Origin: the human T2T-CHM13v2.0 reference genome, Homo sapiens
Assembly (NCBI RefSeq): GCF_009914755.1
Contig: NC_060930.1
Strand: one strand, 5' to 3'
Length of the DNA stretch: 64,000 nucleotides
Shown: one piece after another, positions 36,613 through 48,650 of the stretch
How positions within the stretch are numbered: position 1 is the first letter of the stretch
How the letters are laid out: the number at the start of each line of letters is the position of its first letter
Translations under genes and position numbers: made by a program
The notes under the pieces: generated by a model
What the model saw: only the letters and a program-made list of their open reading frames with translations
Database searches by the model: none
Told to the model about the DNA's origin: nothing

Positions 36613-37440
36613 ACCTATTAATACAGAGTAGGAGGCATTTGCTATTGTAAGGGGCACTTTAGTAATTTCCTGCACAAAAACATCCAAAAAGCACTGGAGA
36701 ATCAAGAGACGTCATTTCTTCAGACAAATATCTAGCTCTTTACTTTAAAAGCATTATGTGACACAAACTTCAGTTATACCTATTTCAAAAATTGCTTCCT
36801 TTATTCTGTTCTGCAATGACTTTAATGCAAATACAGATTTAAAATTTATTGCTTTACCATATGAACAAAAATGTCTAATTTGGAAGAACCGAAATAATGA
36901 GAAACTTGGGCATTGAATTTTGTAACTGCACATGAATATTGATTGGATTCTAAAATAAATGATCCCAAAGTTTGAATATTTAGAACCTACCATACATCTA
37001 GCAAAATCAAAAAGAATCTTGAATCTTAGAAGTGAGTTTCCAAGCAATTGAATTGCTAAAACCTATTTCTTCATTTTTTCTACCTGATATAAAAAAATTT
37101 GGCATATTACTTCAGCTGTCCTATTATAAAGCAGGCAGTAAGACACATTTAAGCATAGATTCAGCCAGAGTACTAAGGATCAGAAATATGTAGAAGGATT
37201 TGCGATAAATGCCACTTCAACCATTACTTGTAACTCTTCCAACTATCTGCCTCTTGCCTAACACAAAAGTGATACGCTTCTTTTTAAAATATAAATGACC
37301 TACTTTAATGTTATTCTTCATGTCTATGCTAAAAAATTTTTTCTTCGAATACTGGTCTTAAGAGAGTCTAACATTTTTACATAGATGTAGCATCTTTAAT
37401 ACAGAATGATTTATTACTTTTAATCTCATTATAAACTTAC

Positions 37441-37476
37441 TTTTCTGCTTTGTGGGAGACACATCTTCAGTTCCTT
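37441..37476 (-). CDS. TRDN: Triadin 36-nt internal exon (exon 40): (E)GTEDVSPTKQK(S)
   Basis: Acceptor ttttatattttttatccactag| and donor AAA|gtaagt. Phase 1-1 and in frame with both neighbours. The peptide is visible inside ORF 37358-37570. Confidence 0.96.
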
Positions 37477-38242
37477 CTAGTGGATAAAAAATATAAAAGT
37501 AAATAACTTGTACATTTACAACTTTTATATAAATATATATGGGACTGAGAATGTCTAAACAGAAGCACACTATGAAAGAAACAGGAGTTACCCTTTTTAT
37601 AGTATACTCCAGATTTGTACACAGATTCTATTCATATTTTCACTGTAAAATTTAATAGGCAAGAGCCAGAGAGAGAAAGGGAACCCATGAAAAAAATGTC
37701 ACGCTACAAACAATTGTTTAAATAGGAAAACTGGCCCTGATGTGTCAGATATTCATTAATGAGGATAGTTGACATGCATCCCTTTCCTGAGAAGGGATCT
37801 TTGATGCTCAGAATTACAATTTGGTAAGGGTAAAATCTGGCTAAAGATGAACATTTTAGTCAAAATAATCCCAAATTTGGAGGGACATATGTTTTTCGTG
37901 ATCATCCTTGCCATGAAAGTAGAGCAGCAGCCCAGTATCCTGCATTCTTCCCTTTTCACGTCTGATTCACTGACTATTTATTTATTTTTGCTGTAGTAAT
38001 ATCCATCGCAAATTTATGTAGTGTTGCATAGCTTGAAACTATTTCTTTGAATCCCTTTCTTCCGATTAGAAGTTCTTAACTGGTATCCACGAATGGGGTT
38101 TTGGGGGTTTTTCTATAAAACATTGAAATAATTAGAAGTTGTGAGAGAGTGTGTGTGTGTGTTTGTGTGTACATGTGTGTTAGTGTGTGTGTTTCATAGA
38201 AAGTTAGGTTTACAGATCTTATCAATTTTTCAATTGGTTCTA

Positions 38243-38397
38243 GAGCGGTTCCCCTCACAGTGTAATCTATATACCACTAGTTTCAGCATCAATTGATTTA
38301 TTTATATAAATGCAGATTTTTAGGTTCTAACTCAGATATTTAATTCTAGGGAGACCTACAGTTGATCTGTATAAACATTAAAGTTTTAGAAGCACTG
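38243..38397. mobile_element. MER5-like hAT MITE
   Basis: 'gcggttcccctcacagtgt...cagcatc...aaatgcagatt...taaagttttagaagcactg'. Confidence 0.6.
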
Positions 38398-38684
38398 GTC
38401 TATGAGTAAAAAACCTATTAGGGTGGCTAGTCTTAATTCAATTAAAAAATATATATATAAAATATAGTATTCAGAAAGGTGTCTTAATACAAGTGTAAAT
38501 CTCAACTTTTATTTGATAAGGTCCTGACCTGTGTGTGTTTTCTCAAAGCACTATTTTCCACATTGTTGGTTAATTTTGGGCACTGGCAAAGAATTTATAC
38601 TTCGTTGGCTAGAACAATGCTTAGGCAAATACTTATTGCCTGCAGACAAATTTAGAAGTGGAAGAGAAAATACTTTTTTTTTAT

Positions 38685-39399
38685 ATGCAAACTGTGTACC
38701 TGGCAAAGGTCTAATATCCAGGATCTATAAAGCACTTAAACAAATTTACAAGAAAAAAGCAAACAACCTCATTACAAAGTGGTCAAAGGACATGAACAGG
38801 TACTTTTCAAATGAAGACATACATTCAATCAACAAGCGTATGAAAAAAAGCTCAACATCACTACTCATTAGAGAAATGCAAATCAAAACCACAATAAGAT
38901 AACATCTCACACCAGTAAGCATGGCTATTATGAAAAAGTCAAAAAATAACATATGTTGAGGAGCTTGCAGAGAGAAGAGAACACTTGTAGACTGTTGGTG
39001 GGTGTGCAAATTAGTTCAACTATTGTGGAAAGCAGTGTGATGATTCCTCAAAGAGCTAAAAACAGAACTATCATTCAACCCAGCAATCCCATTGCTGGAT
39101 AGAGCTGGAGGTCATTATCCTTGGCAAACTAATGCAGGAACAGAAATCCATATACAGCATGTTCTCACTTAAAGTGGGAGCTAAATAATGAGAAAACATG
39201 AACACAAAGACGGGAGGAACAGACACTGAGGCCTACCCAACGGTTGAGAGTGGAAGGAGAAAGAGGATCAGAAAAAATAACTAATGGATGGCAGGATTAA
39301 TACCTGGGTGATGAAATAATCTGTACAACAAACCCCCATGACATGAGTTTACCTATATAACAAACATACACATGTACCCCTAAACCTAAAGTAAAAGTT
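38685..39399 (+). mobile_element. L1PA15/16-like 3' fragment with internal deletion at ~39100
   Basis: ORF2 C-terminus in ORF 38531-38902 (KGLISRIYK...REMQIKTT). 3'UTR 'gaggatcagaaaaaataactaatgg...ctgggtgatgaaataatctgtacaacaaacccccatgaca'. Confidence 0.85.
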
Positions 39400-39626
39400 C
39401 ATTTCTTTTTAACATAATGCCTATTTTATAGCAGCCCTAATGAAAAAGCCAGGAACCTTTCAGAAAAAAAATCAAGTTAGCTGAAGCCCTCATTCTACAG
39501 ATGGAGAAATTTTGTCCTGGAAATACTTTATGAAGTTCGTACATCTGGAGATCGCAGGTTTTCCTGACTGTTTGTCCTCTGGCTTGGGCTGGAAGAGTGC
39601 AGGGGTTGAGTCCAGCCTTCCATTTC

Positions 39627-39686
39627 TTCCTTCCTTCCTTCCTTCCTTCCTTCCTTCCTTCCTTCCTTCCTTCCTTCCTTCCTTCC
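39627..39686. repeat. (TTCC)15 / (GGAA)15 perfect microsatellite
   Basis: 60 nt uninterrupted. Confidence 0.97.
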
Positions 39687-40045
39687 TGATGGTGCTGCTA
39701 ATATAGGTGACTCATCTCAAGTCTTCTTAATAAAATCATGGCATTCTTGTAATTCTTAATGGAATAGTGATTTTGAAGTATTATTCCTGTAGATTGGCAA
39801 ATAAATGCATCTGACAATTGTAAATAAATCAATACCCAACTAGTGTTTTTAATATGTGAAAAGATGTATATTTTCCAAATAATGTTAAAAAGCTGTTTGC
39901 TTTAAAAATAAGCCTACCATGTAAATGTTGCCTAGAAAAGCTTAAGACTAGATCAAGAATAGCTAGGAAAAAAAAAAAAAAGACAGACAAAAACCTTATA
40001 GCTTTGAGAGAAAACTTGTAAATGATCCAAAGACAGCAAACTCAC

Positions 40046-40084
40046 CTTTAGCTTTCTTTGAAGCTGGTACATCTTCAACATCTT
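40046..40084 (-). CDS. TRDN: Triadin 39-nt internal exon (exon 39): DVEDVPASKKAK
   Basis: Acceptor ccttttttctgtactctag| and donor AAG|gtgagt. Phase 1-1 and in frame with the 36-nt exon. The peptide matches recalled triadin. Confidence 0.96.
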
Positions 40085-40532
40085 CTAGAGTACAGAAAAA
40101 AGGCACATAGAATCACAGTCAATTTTTCAGTTTTCCCAGAGGAAGTATTGTATTTAAAGGTTTTTAAGAGTCACAAGATCCCTGAATCTACAAACTCAGC
40201 ATCTACAGTCTCCATAAATAAGAGCTGTCTGACCAAAACAGGCACTTCTCTGACTTGGAGAGAGGATGTGGAGAAAATGATGAGTGCTGCACTATGGTAA
40301 TCAGGCTGGTAAAGGTTACTTAGGGAAAAGGCTTGTGGTGACCTCCAACACCCACCCCCAGGTTTCCCTCCTCCTCTGACTCCTAAAGCTCCTTTCAAAA
40401 ATCATAATCATTTATAGAATTTAGGAAAGTTAAGGTAAATGGTTTCATGCATACAGCCTAGATAAAGAGATCAGTGTCTACCCACACAATTTATTAGCAG
40501 ATTGATTAGATTTTAGCCTTTTTGACAATTCT

Positions 40533-41467
40533 AAAAAGCCCAGAAATAAACCCATGCACATACATGAGTCAACTAATCTTTGAAAAAGGTACCAAGAATA
40601 AACAATGGGGGAAAGATAGTCTTTTCAATATATACTGTTGGGAAAACTGGATATCTATATGCAAAAGGATGAAAGTGGACCTTTATCTTCCACCACCCCA
40701 AAATCAATTCAAAATGGATTTAAAGACTTAAATGTAAAACTGAAACACTTTTAAAAGTAAGCACTGGGGAAGAGCTTCTTAACATTGGTATTGGCAATGA
40801 TTTTATGAATCTGACACTAAAAGTATAGGCAACAAAAGCAAAAATAAACGATTGGAACTATATCACACTAAAATGTTTGTGTACAGCAAAGGAAACAATG
40901 AACAAAATGAAAAGGCAAATTATGAAATGGGAGAAAATATTTGCAAGCCATATATCCAAAGGAGGTTGATACCTAAAATATATAAGACATTGATACAACT
41001 CAATAACAAAAAACAAATAAATGGGCAAAGGATCTGAACAGACACTTTTCCAAAGACATATACAAATGACCAACAGGCACGTGGAAGATGCCTTATATTA
41101 TTAATTATCATGAAATGAAATAAAACCACAATGAGATATTACCTCACATCTGTTAGACTAGTGATTATCAAAAAGTCAAATGAGATGTGCTGGTGAGGAT
41201 TTAAGAGAAAAGGGAACTCTTGTTCACTTTTGATGGGAATGTAAATTGGTATTGCCATTATAGAAAGCAGTATGGAGGTTCCTCAAAAATTTGTTTGTTT
41301 ATTTATTTATTTTACCACTAGACAATAGTCATCCTCAACATATTTAAGAAGAAGCTACCATATGATCCAGCAATTTCACTTCTGGGTATATATCCAAATA
41401 TTTATCAAATATATTGTATGCTTGAAACTTTCTAAGAGAGTAGATCTTAAATGTTCTCACCACACAG

Positions 41468-41500
<33 letters not shown>

Positions 41501-41656
41501 GAATGGTGGTAACTACGTGAGGTGATGGCCATGTTAATTAGCTTGATTTTGGTAATCATTTCATAATGTATATGTATATCAAAATATCACATTGTATATC
41601 AAATATATATATAATTTTTATTTCTCACTTATATCTCAATAAAATTAGTGGGGAAA
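40533..41656 (+). mobile_element. L1MA9/10-like 3' fragment
   Basis: ORF2 C-terminal remnants (ORF 40522-40731: [13 protein letters not shown]). 3' end 'aagagagtagatcttaaatgttctcaccac...gtaactacgtgaggtgatgg...ctcaataaa'. Confidence 0.85.
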
Positions 41657-42719
41657 GGAAGACACTACATTTGAACTAAAGCTCAAATACATACACAATG
41701 ACTCTTAAGTTGTATTGTGTAAATCACTTGGTCTTTTCTGCATTCAACTTACAAGCACATATTGGAATAATGTGGAAGTAATTTTAAGTCTGAGGCAATT
41801 CTAATGCAATATAACGGAATGATGCTTTAATTTTTAACATTTGAAATTATCTGAAAGAAGGTCAGTTTTGTCTTATTTATTTAGATTTTGCATACTAACT
41901 GTTCACTAATAAATGAAAAAGGGGTAAGATAGGGTCAGTATGCAAATTTCGTCTAACAGGAAAGCAATGTGACCTTTATAGAAAAATGCTATTATGTAGA
42001 AGAACACAACAGAAAAAGAAACAAAATTACTAGAATTTTTTTTACTATATATTATTAAACTTTTGATCTGGTCAGTTGTAAATAATATTTAAACATAGGT
42101 TTAACTCAATTAAATACTGGATAAAATGACCATGGTCTTGAACTGCTTAATCAACTGCTATAAATAATGAAACAGTACAAACTGTTATATGATGTTGTGA
42201 AATAACTTAATATCTATATTTTAAAAATGATGTCAGTTCCTAAACAAATCAAATAATATCTTAATTGTGTAATAAGGTCCTATTAATTCCTATGAAAGTT
42301 CTGTACAAAAATAAAATGAGGCAAAGTCCGTGTCCAAAAGGAACATATATTTTATTTTTGTAGATTATAGCACACTTGAAACTTATTCTTTGGATCCATT
42401 TATTACCACTAGAAAAATAAATACAAATGGAAGGAATAAAGACCTCAGTGTCTTCAGATTCTATATTCTGATCCAGCATCAACTGGCTATAAGTGACAAA
42501 AGCTGGCAAGAGCTGAGTCACATGTCAATCGCTCAGGAGACAGAAGCACAAGAAAGTAAACGGCAAACCTAGGACAGTTGCTATAGAGATGCATTTTCTG
42601 TGGAAGAGACTTAGCAGCAAACATTTACAGAACTAGGAATAAAATTCAAGAAAGGAATAAGGCACTTACTGTCTACTTATTCTTACAACTTGCACGTTGA
42701 GTGAGTGGTAGTTTTGATA

Positions 42720-43500
42720 AAACAAATATTTGACTCTGAGAAGGTAGAATCATGGCAGTGAAAGGAGTGTCAAAATGTGCCAATGAAATTTTAAAGAGTG
42801 ACCTGCTTTGTCGGACTGTCAGGAAAATGTTTAATGAAGGAAGTAAAATTTGAAATGGGACTTATAATATTTTCAAGAAGGAGATGCCAAAATTAAAGTG
42901 AGGGCAACAATATGAAAAAAGGCTAGAGACAGCGAAGGACAGAGATATTCAGGGAGTAGAGGAGACGTTCTGGAAAACTTGGATAAGATTATCATGTGGA
43001 ACATCTTATACATCAGGCTAAGTACCCTCAACTAAATTTCATAGCTAGTCAAGGTTGCTCAAGAGACAAATAATGTTTTAGAGATGTACTTGGTAGAAAT
43101 AAATAAGACTAGAGCATGAGAAAATGAATGCAGAGAATGCAATTTGGCAAGTGTTCTAATAGCACAGAAATAGTACATTCTCCAAGTAGGAGTCACTGAA
43201 GGAGTTAAATACAAAAAAAGGCTTTGCCAAAAGAATGAAATAGAACTAAATACAAGTAAGAACAAGAGATTGGTACTATAAGGAAAATAACGATATGTTA
43301 TTTGAGTTTGGAGAAAGACAGTGGTGCCACTCCCAACTACAATGAAGTCCCTAGGGGACACTGATATTTGCTGGGGATAATGAAAAGTTCAATTCTCTAT
43401 GGGTTGAACTGTGGTGCTAGGCCAGTCATGCAGTTGCAAATGCTTAGTAGGAAACAAGACAGAGCTGGCAAGATGTCTGAAAAGGTTAGAAGTGATATGC
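42720..43500 (-). mobile_element. L2 fragment
   Basis: Purine-rich plus strand with L2 antisense motifs. Boundaries approximate. Confidence 0.5.
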
Positions 43501-43559
43501 ATCAAGTTAATGGGCAAAACTCAGTAAATTGTGAGATCATCACTTTTAATTTTTGCAAA

Positions 43560-43900
43560 ATAGTTAATATTTCTTAAGATTTTCTACATGCTAGGCCCTA
43601 TTAAGTTATTTCATATGTGTTAACACGTTTGATCCTGAACAACAACCATATGAGGCAAGGACTTTTTTGTTTGTTTGTTTGTTTGTTTTTGTTTGTTTGT
43701 TTTTTGAGATAAGATCTCACTCTGTCACCCAGGGTGGAGTGCAATGACGCCATCCTGGCTCACTGCAACCTCCGAGGTGAGGACTTTTATACTGAATCTA
43801 CTGTACAAATAGAGGAGAGAGAGGTCCTGCCCAAGGTCACAAAACTCATGAGTGGCAGAGACAGAACAAGAACATAATCCAAATCTCCTATATCAGGGCC
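43560..43900 (-). mobile_element. MIR interrupted by a truncated Alu
   Basis: 'tttgatcctgaacaacaaccatatgagg' ... 'tgcccaaggtcacaaaactcatgagtggcagag'. Confidence 0.7.
43667..43773 (-). mobile_element. 5'-truncated Alu (3' ~70 nt plus (TTTG)n tail)
   Basis: 'tttgagataagatctcactctgtcacccagggtggagtgcaatg...cactgcaacctcc'. 15-bp TSD gaggCAaggactttt / gaggTGaggactttt. Confidence 0.9.
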
Positions 43901-43934
43901 TCTTGAAAGAGTGTTGAAATTTATCCCATGAATA

Positions 43935-44168
43935 GTACACCTGCTATGTGCCAGCCACTGTTCTAAGCACTTTATAAATGTTAACACTTTTCACCTCCTC
44001 AGAATATCTGTGAGGAATATACTCTTATTGTTCCTATTTTATAGGTGGGACAATTAAAAATCAGAGAGATTCAATGTCTCAGAGCTATAAGAAGTGAAGG
44101 AACTGGTTTTTAAGACTATGGCATTCTGGTTCCAGAGATGGTGCTGTTAATCACTAAGCCATTCTGCC
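43935..44168 (-). mobile_element. MIR, near full length
   Basis: 'ctatgtgccagccactgttctaagcactt...cctattttataggt...ctggttccagag...taatcactaagcc'. Confidence 0.8.
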
Positions 44169-44542
44169 TGCATTAGTTTGTTTTCATACTGCCATAAAGA
44201 ACTGCCCAAGATGGGTAATTTATAAAGGAAAGAGATTTAATTGACTCACATTTCAGCCTGGCTGAAGAGGCCTCAGGAAACTTACATCACGGCAGAAACA
44301 GAAGTCAACGTGTCCTTCTTCACATGGTGGTAGGGAGAAGAAGAATGAGAACTGAGCAAAGGGGACAAACCCTTTATAAAACCCTCAGATCTCCTGAGAA
44401 CGTACTCACTATTGTGAGAATAGCATGGAGGGACTGCTCCCTTGATTCAATTACCTCCCACCAGGTCCCTCCCACAACATGTGGGGATGTGGAAATATAG
44501 TTCAAGATGAGATTTGGGTGGGGACACAGCCAAACCATATCA
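44169..44542 (-). mobile_element. THE1C/D solo LTR, in TRDN sense orientation
   Basis: THE1 consensus in reverse. Perfect TSD CTGCC (44164-44168 / 44543-44547). Confidence 0.92.
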
Positions 44543-45792
44543 CTGCCTCTGGAGGATGAACTTCTAAACCCACTTCTCTCTGATTCTAGTACCCATGCAT
44601 TATGTTGCCTAACATACCTGCTGGCAGGCTCTGACAGAGTCAAGTTATGCATGAGCCACACACACACTTGTGCAGAACAGAAATGAAGGAGAAGGCATTC
44701 CACTAACCCCCTTAAAATGAGAGGGGTTGCTAAATGTGTCCCTCTGCACTTCTAACAATCTACTCTCCCTCAGTGGCGATGAAAAGTTACTTAGTTGTCT
44801 TTGAAAATAAAGACAATGAAGAGGTAAGCATAATATTTTTTCTGTTTGCCTAAACATTATAAGTAGTGTAAGCTACAGTTATTTCTAACATTGAAGAATA
44901 AAATTGTACTATCTTGACTTTCAAATTCTAGAGTTCATTCTTCGCTTACATAGAAACAGATTCCAGAGGAATCAGAGATAGCAGTGAATCCATCCTCCTA
45001 TCCAAGCAGTTGTCTGCACTATAATAGAGTCATGAAAAAATGGGCCATCTTGTCTGTATGGCTGTCATTTTAATCAAGGACTAGGTTTTGTATAACTCTT
45101 CAATACTTATTTAATTGGGCCTACTGACACAAGGGTTCTTAAATAGCTATCAGTTTATTAAAAATCAATAAATTTACAATAGAAAGTCCTGGATTTTGTT
45201 TGGTCAAGTAGTCCTTGTATTTTCTGGTTAACTGAAGGACTTTCTCCTTTGTCCTAAATCCATGACTTGCTTCATTTCACATAACTGTCTGTTTCTACAC
45301 TTAAGAAAAGTGTTATTCTGTGATCAAGTGGAATGCCTGAAAAAGTAAGAAATTACCTCTGTTCTCTGCCTGAAAGTTTTTACTTATCTCCAATACTGTT
45401 CTGCAGCCATGGGTCAAAAAAGTTTCATGGCCAATGGGATTTTTAACAGGGTTCAGGTGTTAAGTCTTCATCTCTTTGGAGTCAAGGGTGGACTTGGTTC
45501 TATGAGGTTGAAGACACAGATGATTTAAAGACTTGATCTGTTGGTATTTAGGAGACTGCGTGTGTATGGACTCTAATAAATATGGACTCTAATTACAATT
45601 GGCTGATAAAAATTCCAAGTATATGAGAAAATGTAAAGTCCAGCCTCAGCACCAATGGTAGGTATGGTATATAATTATGTTTATTCTTAATTATGTAGGT
45701 TTGATAAGTGAATTCGCAAATTTTATACTAAAATGCAGATTTCTCATTCTCAGCAAGCAATCTTATCTTGGTTCTACATTTTATTCTCTAGA

Positions 45793-45907
45793 GCGGTGGC
45801 TTTCACTTTTTTCTTCACAGAATTCCTTTATCATCTTAAAATATTAAAGACCCCAAAATATTTTTTATGAATTATATCTATCAATAGTTACCATAATTGA
45901 AATTAAA
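45793..45907. mobile_element. hAT-Charlie (Charlie1-like) terminal fragment
   Basis: 'cctttatcatcttaaaatattaaagaccccaaaa...ttatatctatcaatagttaccataattgaaattaaa'. Confidence 0.55.
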
Positions 45908-46406
45908 GCTGCTATAAAGACACATGCACACGTATGTTTACAGCGGCACTATTCACAATAGCAAAGACTTGGAACCAACCCAAATGTTCATCAGTGATAG
46001 ACTGGAATAAGAAAATGCAGCACATATACACCATGTAATACTATGCAGCCATAAAAAAAGGATGATTTCATGTCGTTTGTAGGGACATGGATGAACCTGG
46101 AAACCATCATTCTCAGCAAACTATCGCAGGGACAAAAAACCAAACACCACATGTTCTCACTCATAGGTGGGAATTGAACAATAAGAACACTTGGACATAG
46201 GAAGGGGAACATCACACACCGGGGCCTGTCTTGCGGTGGGAGGAGGGGGGAGGGATAGTATTAGGAGATATGCCTAATGTAAATGACGAGTTAGTGGGTG
46301 CAGCACACCAACATGGCACATGTTTACATATGTAACAAACCTGCACATTGTGCACATATACCCTAGAACTTAAAGTATAATAATAATAATAATAATAAAA
46401 AGAAAA
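45908..46406 (+). mobile_element. 5'-truncated L1PA4/5-like 3' end with (TAA)n/A tail
   Basis: 'gctgctataaagacacatgcacacgtatg...aatgtaaatgacgagtt...ccctagaacttaaagtataataataat'. Confidence 0.93.
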
Positions 46407-46729
46407 ATGATAAAACCACCACTTCTAAATTTGGATAATTGGAATATATTCAACACCCTTATCATATATTTGCAAAACAATTTACTAGAAACATATTCAT
46501 AGCATTTTTCATAGATGGTTGGAATCTCAGTTTCTTCTTCATACAAAAGATTAATTCATAATGTATATTTTGTGATGTAGGCTGTGTGTTTATGTTATAA
46601 AAGTAAAATCATAAACAGATTTTTAAAAATTTCAGTCTAGCTTTACAGTCAAAGTGAATATTACCTTGAAGGTTTCCTATGATTTATTCATTTAAGATAA
46701 AGTTACTTTTCCAGCAACAACTATGAGAA

Positions 46730-46965
46730 CTACAATGAGATATTTTTCTGTGCCAGGTATGCTACTAGGTACTAGATTTTACACATGTGTTTTAACCTAA
46801 GTCTCACCAATACCCTTATGAATTATGGGGAAAATATCTGATTTTACAAGAGAACTTTGAGCCCCAAAGTATTTGAAAAGAACTTCCCTGCAGCAACACA
46901 TTTTAAAAAGTGTTGAAAGAAGGCATGAAGCTAACTTTCCTCAACATCAAGACCCTCACTCTTTC
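46730..46965 (-). mobile_element. MIR
   Basis: 'tgtgccaggtatgctactagg...attttacaagagaactttgagcccc'. Confidence 0.55.
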
Positions 46966-46989
46966 CTCTAAACTATTCTATCTTTACTT

Positions 46990-48650
46990 GCAAAGCACTT
47001 TGCTCTGTGCCCTGGAGGAACCAAAAGGAAATAGGATGCTACTTAGAAGTAATTTACAAACCCATATAGAGAAAATGAAAAAGTACCCAACCAAATAGAA
47101 GGGACTCTGAAGTATGAGATAGTATATGACAATTGATAGTATAACTGCGAGGTAGTTTCAAGATTGAAATGGTCAATTCCTCTTACGTAGATCAAAGAAG
47201 TTTTTTATGGACACTCTTCCACTGGTGATGGACTTTGAACAATCGTAATGAATTGCATTGTTAGAGGTACAAAGAATTGTTCAGGAAAAGAGAATGATGG
47301 GATCAAATCTAGGAGGCAGCAGTATTAGGAATATAGAATGTTCAATTGGGCTAGCACCTACAATAGGTATAGAAAATGATCACACACACAAAAAATTTTA
47401 ATGTAGTTTATACCTGGATTATAGAGGCCCTAGACTCCTGGGCTTAGAAATGTAGAATTTATTCCAAATTTACAATGAAGAAATAGTCAGTGTTTCTCAC
47501 ATATATGGCCCAATCATTTTAAAGTTTGGAAAATTTAATGTCAGTGGACATAAAAAGGAAGAATGACAAGTCAGAAAAGGGCCTGCTGGGGAGTGAATGC
47601 AATGGTTTAGAGGAGAAACAGTAAAAGCCTACATGACTTAAAACAAAATTAGGGTCCGGGACAAGTAATACTGATTGGTCAAAGTAGAATTCAAAGTTTT
47701 ATGTCTAAGTGACTAAAGAGTGGAAGTCAGATGGCAAGAGTAGAATCCCCTCTTGGGATATGGAGAGCGTAGAAGGATAAGGGCAAGAAGAAGTTTATGA
47801 TATGAAGATCAGTTGTAAACTTGTGCAGACAAAGGGCGAAGTTAGGAATTGAATGTGACTGGAGCTGAAAAAATAGGTTAAGCTTCAGAAGAATTTTGGG
47901 TCTTATCCACAAAGAAGTAGATAATGTAGAAAACAAAACTGGATGGCCCCACTGAGGAATAGCACAGAAGAGTAGGAAAGAGAGCTGAGGTTGGAAGAAT
48001 TCAACCTCTGGGGAAAAACAGCAGAAGCCCAGTACTGAGCAAATAGACTGAAAAAAAAAAATCCTATATTATGAAAGCCAAGAGAGGAAAACATTTCAAA
48101 AAGGGCAGGCGACCCACAATGTGGAAGGCATTAGAGAGGTTAACAATAGGGGAGAAGTGAGCAAAAGGTAATTCAGCTTTACAATTTGGAACGCTGTGTT
48201 GAACTTGAGGTTAGCTATTTGGGGAGACTGTTGGGGCAGAAATGGGGGCAGATATCCAAGCTGCATGGAATTAAACTGAAAGAGTAGAGAGAAATTGCTA
48301 GGAGATCTAGTTCAGAAGTGGCTGCAAATGCAAGCAGAGCAAAAAGACAACAGCTCTGAGAAGCAGAAAGGGCAAGGAAAATTTTGTACAAAGGAATATT
48401 TGTAGGCAGAGGTAGGAGAAACTCTTATGGTAAGAACTGCAGAGGCATGATTGAGGGAGAAAGCAAGAGAGGATGGAATCAAAAAGGAATACAGAATGTA
48501 AATCTTAGGAGAAGCAATGCTTCTTGATATGAGAATGGGAGGCTGATGATAGGGAATATACAAAAGAGTAAAAAGAGATTGTAATTTGGGGAGAAGGCAA
48601 ACTTTGAAGAACCCACATTTATGGCATGGATTAATTTTGTTTTTCTCAGT
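46990..48650 (-). mobile_element. Long degenerate L2
   Basis: Extended purine-rich stretch with L2 antisense motifs ('atgaaagccaagagaggaaaacatttcaa', 'tagagaggttaa'). Boundaries approximate. Confidence 0.6.

Noticed and set aside
39902-39911. MEF2-like TTAAAAATAA near exon 39 (also ~9633, ~9667)
   Set aside because: Such matches are expected by chance in DNA this AT-rich.
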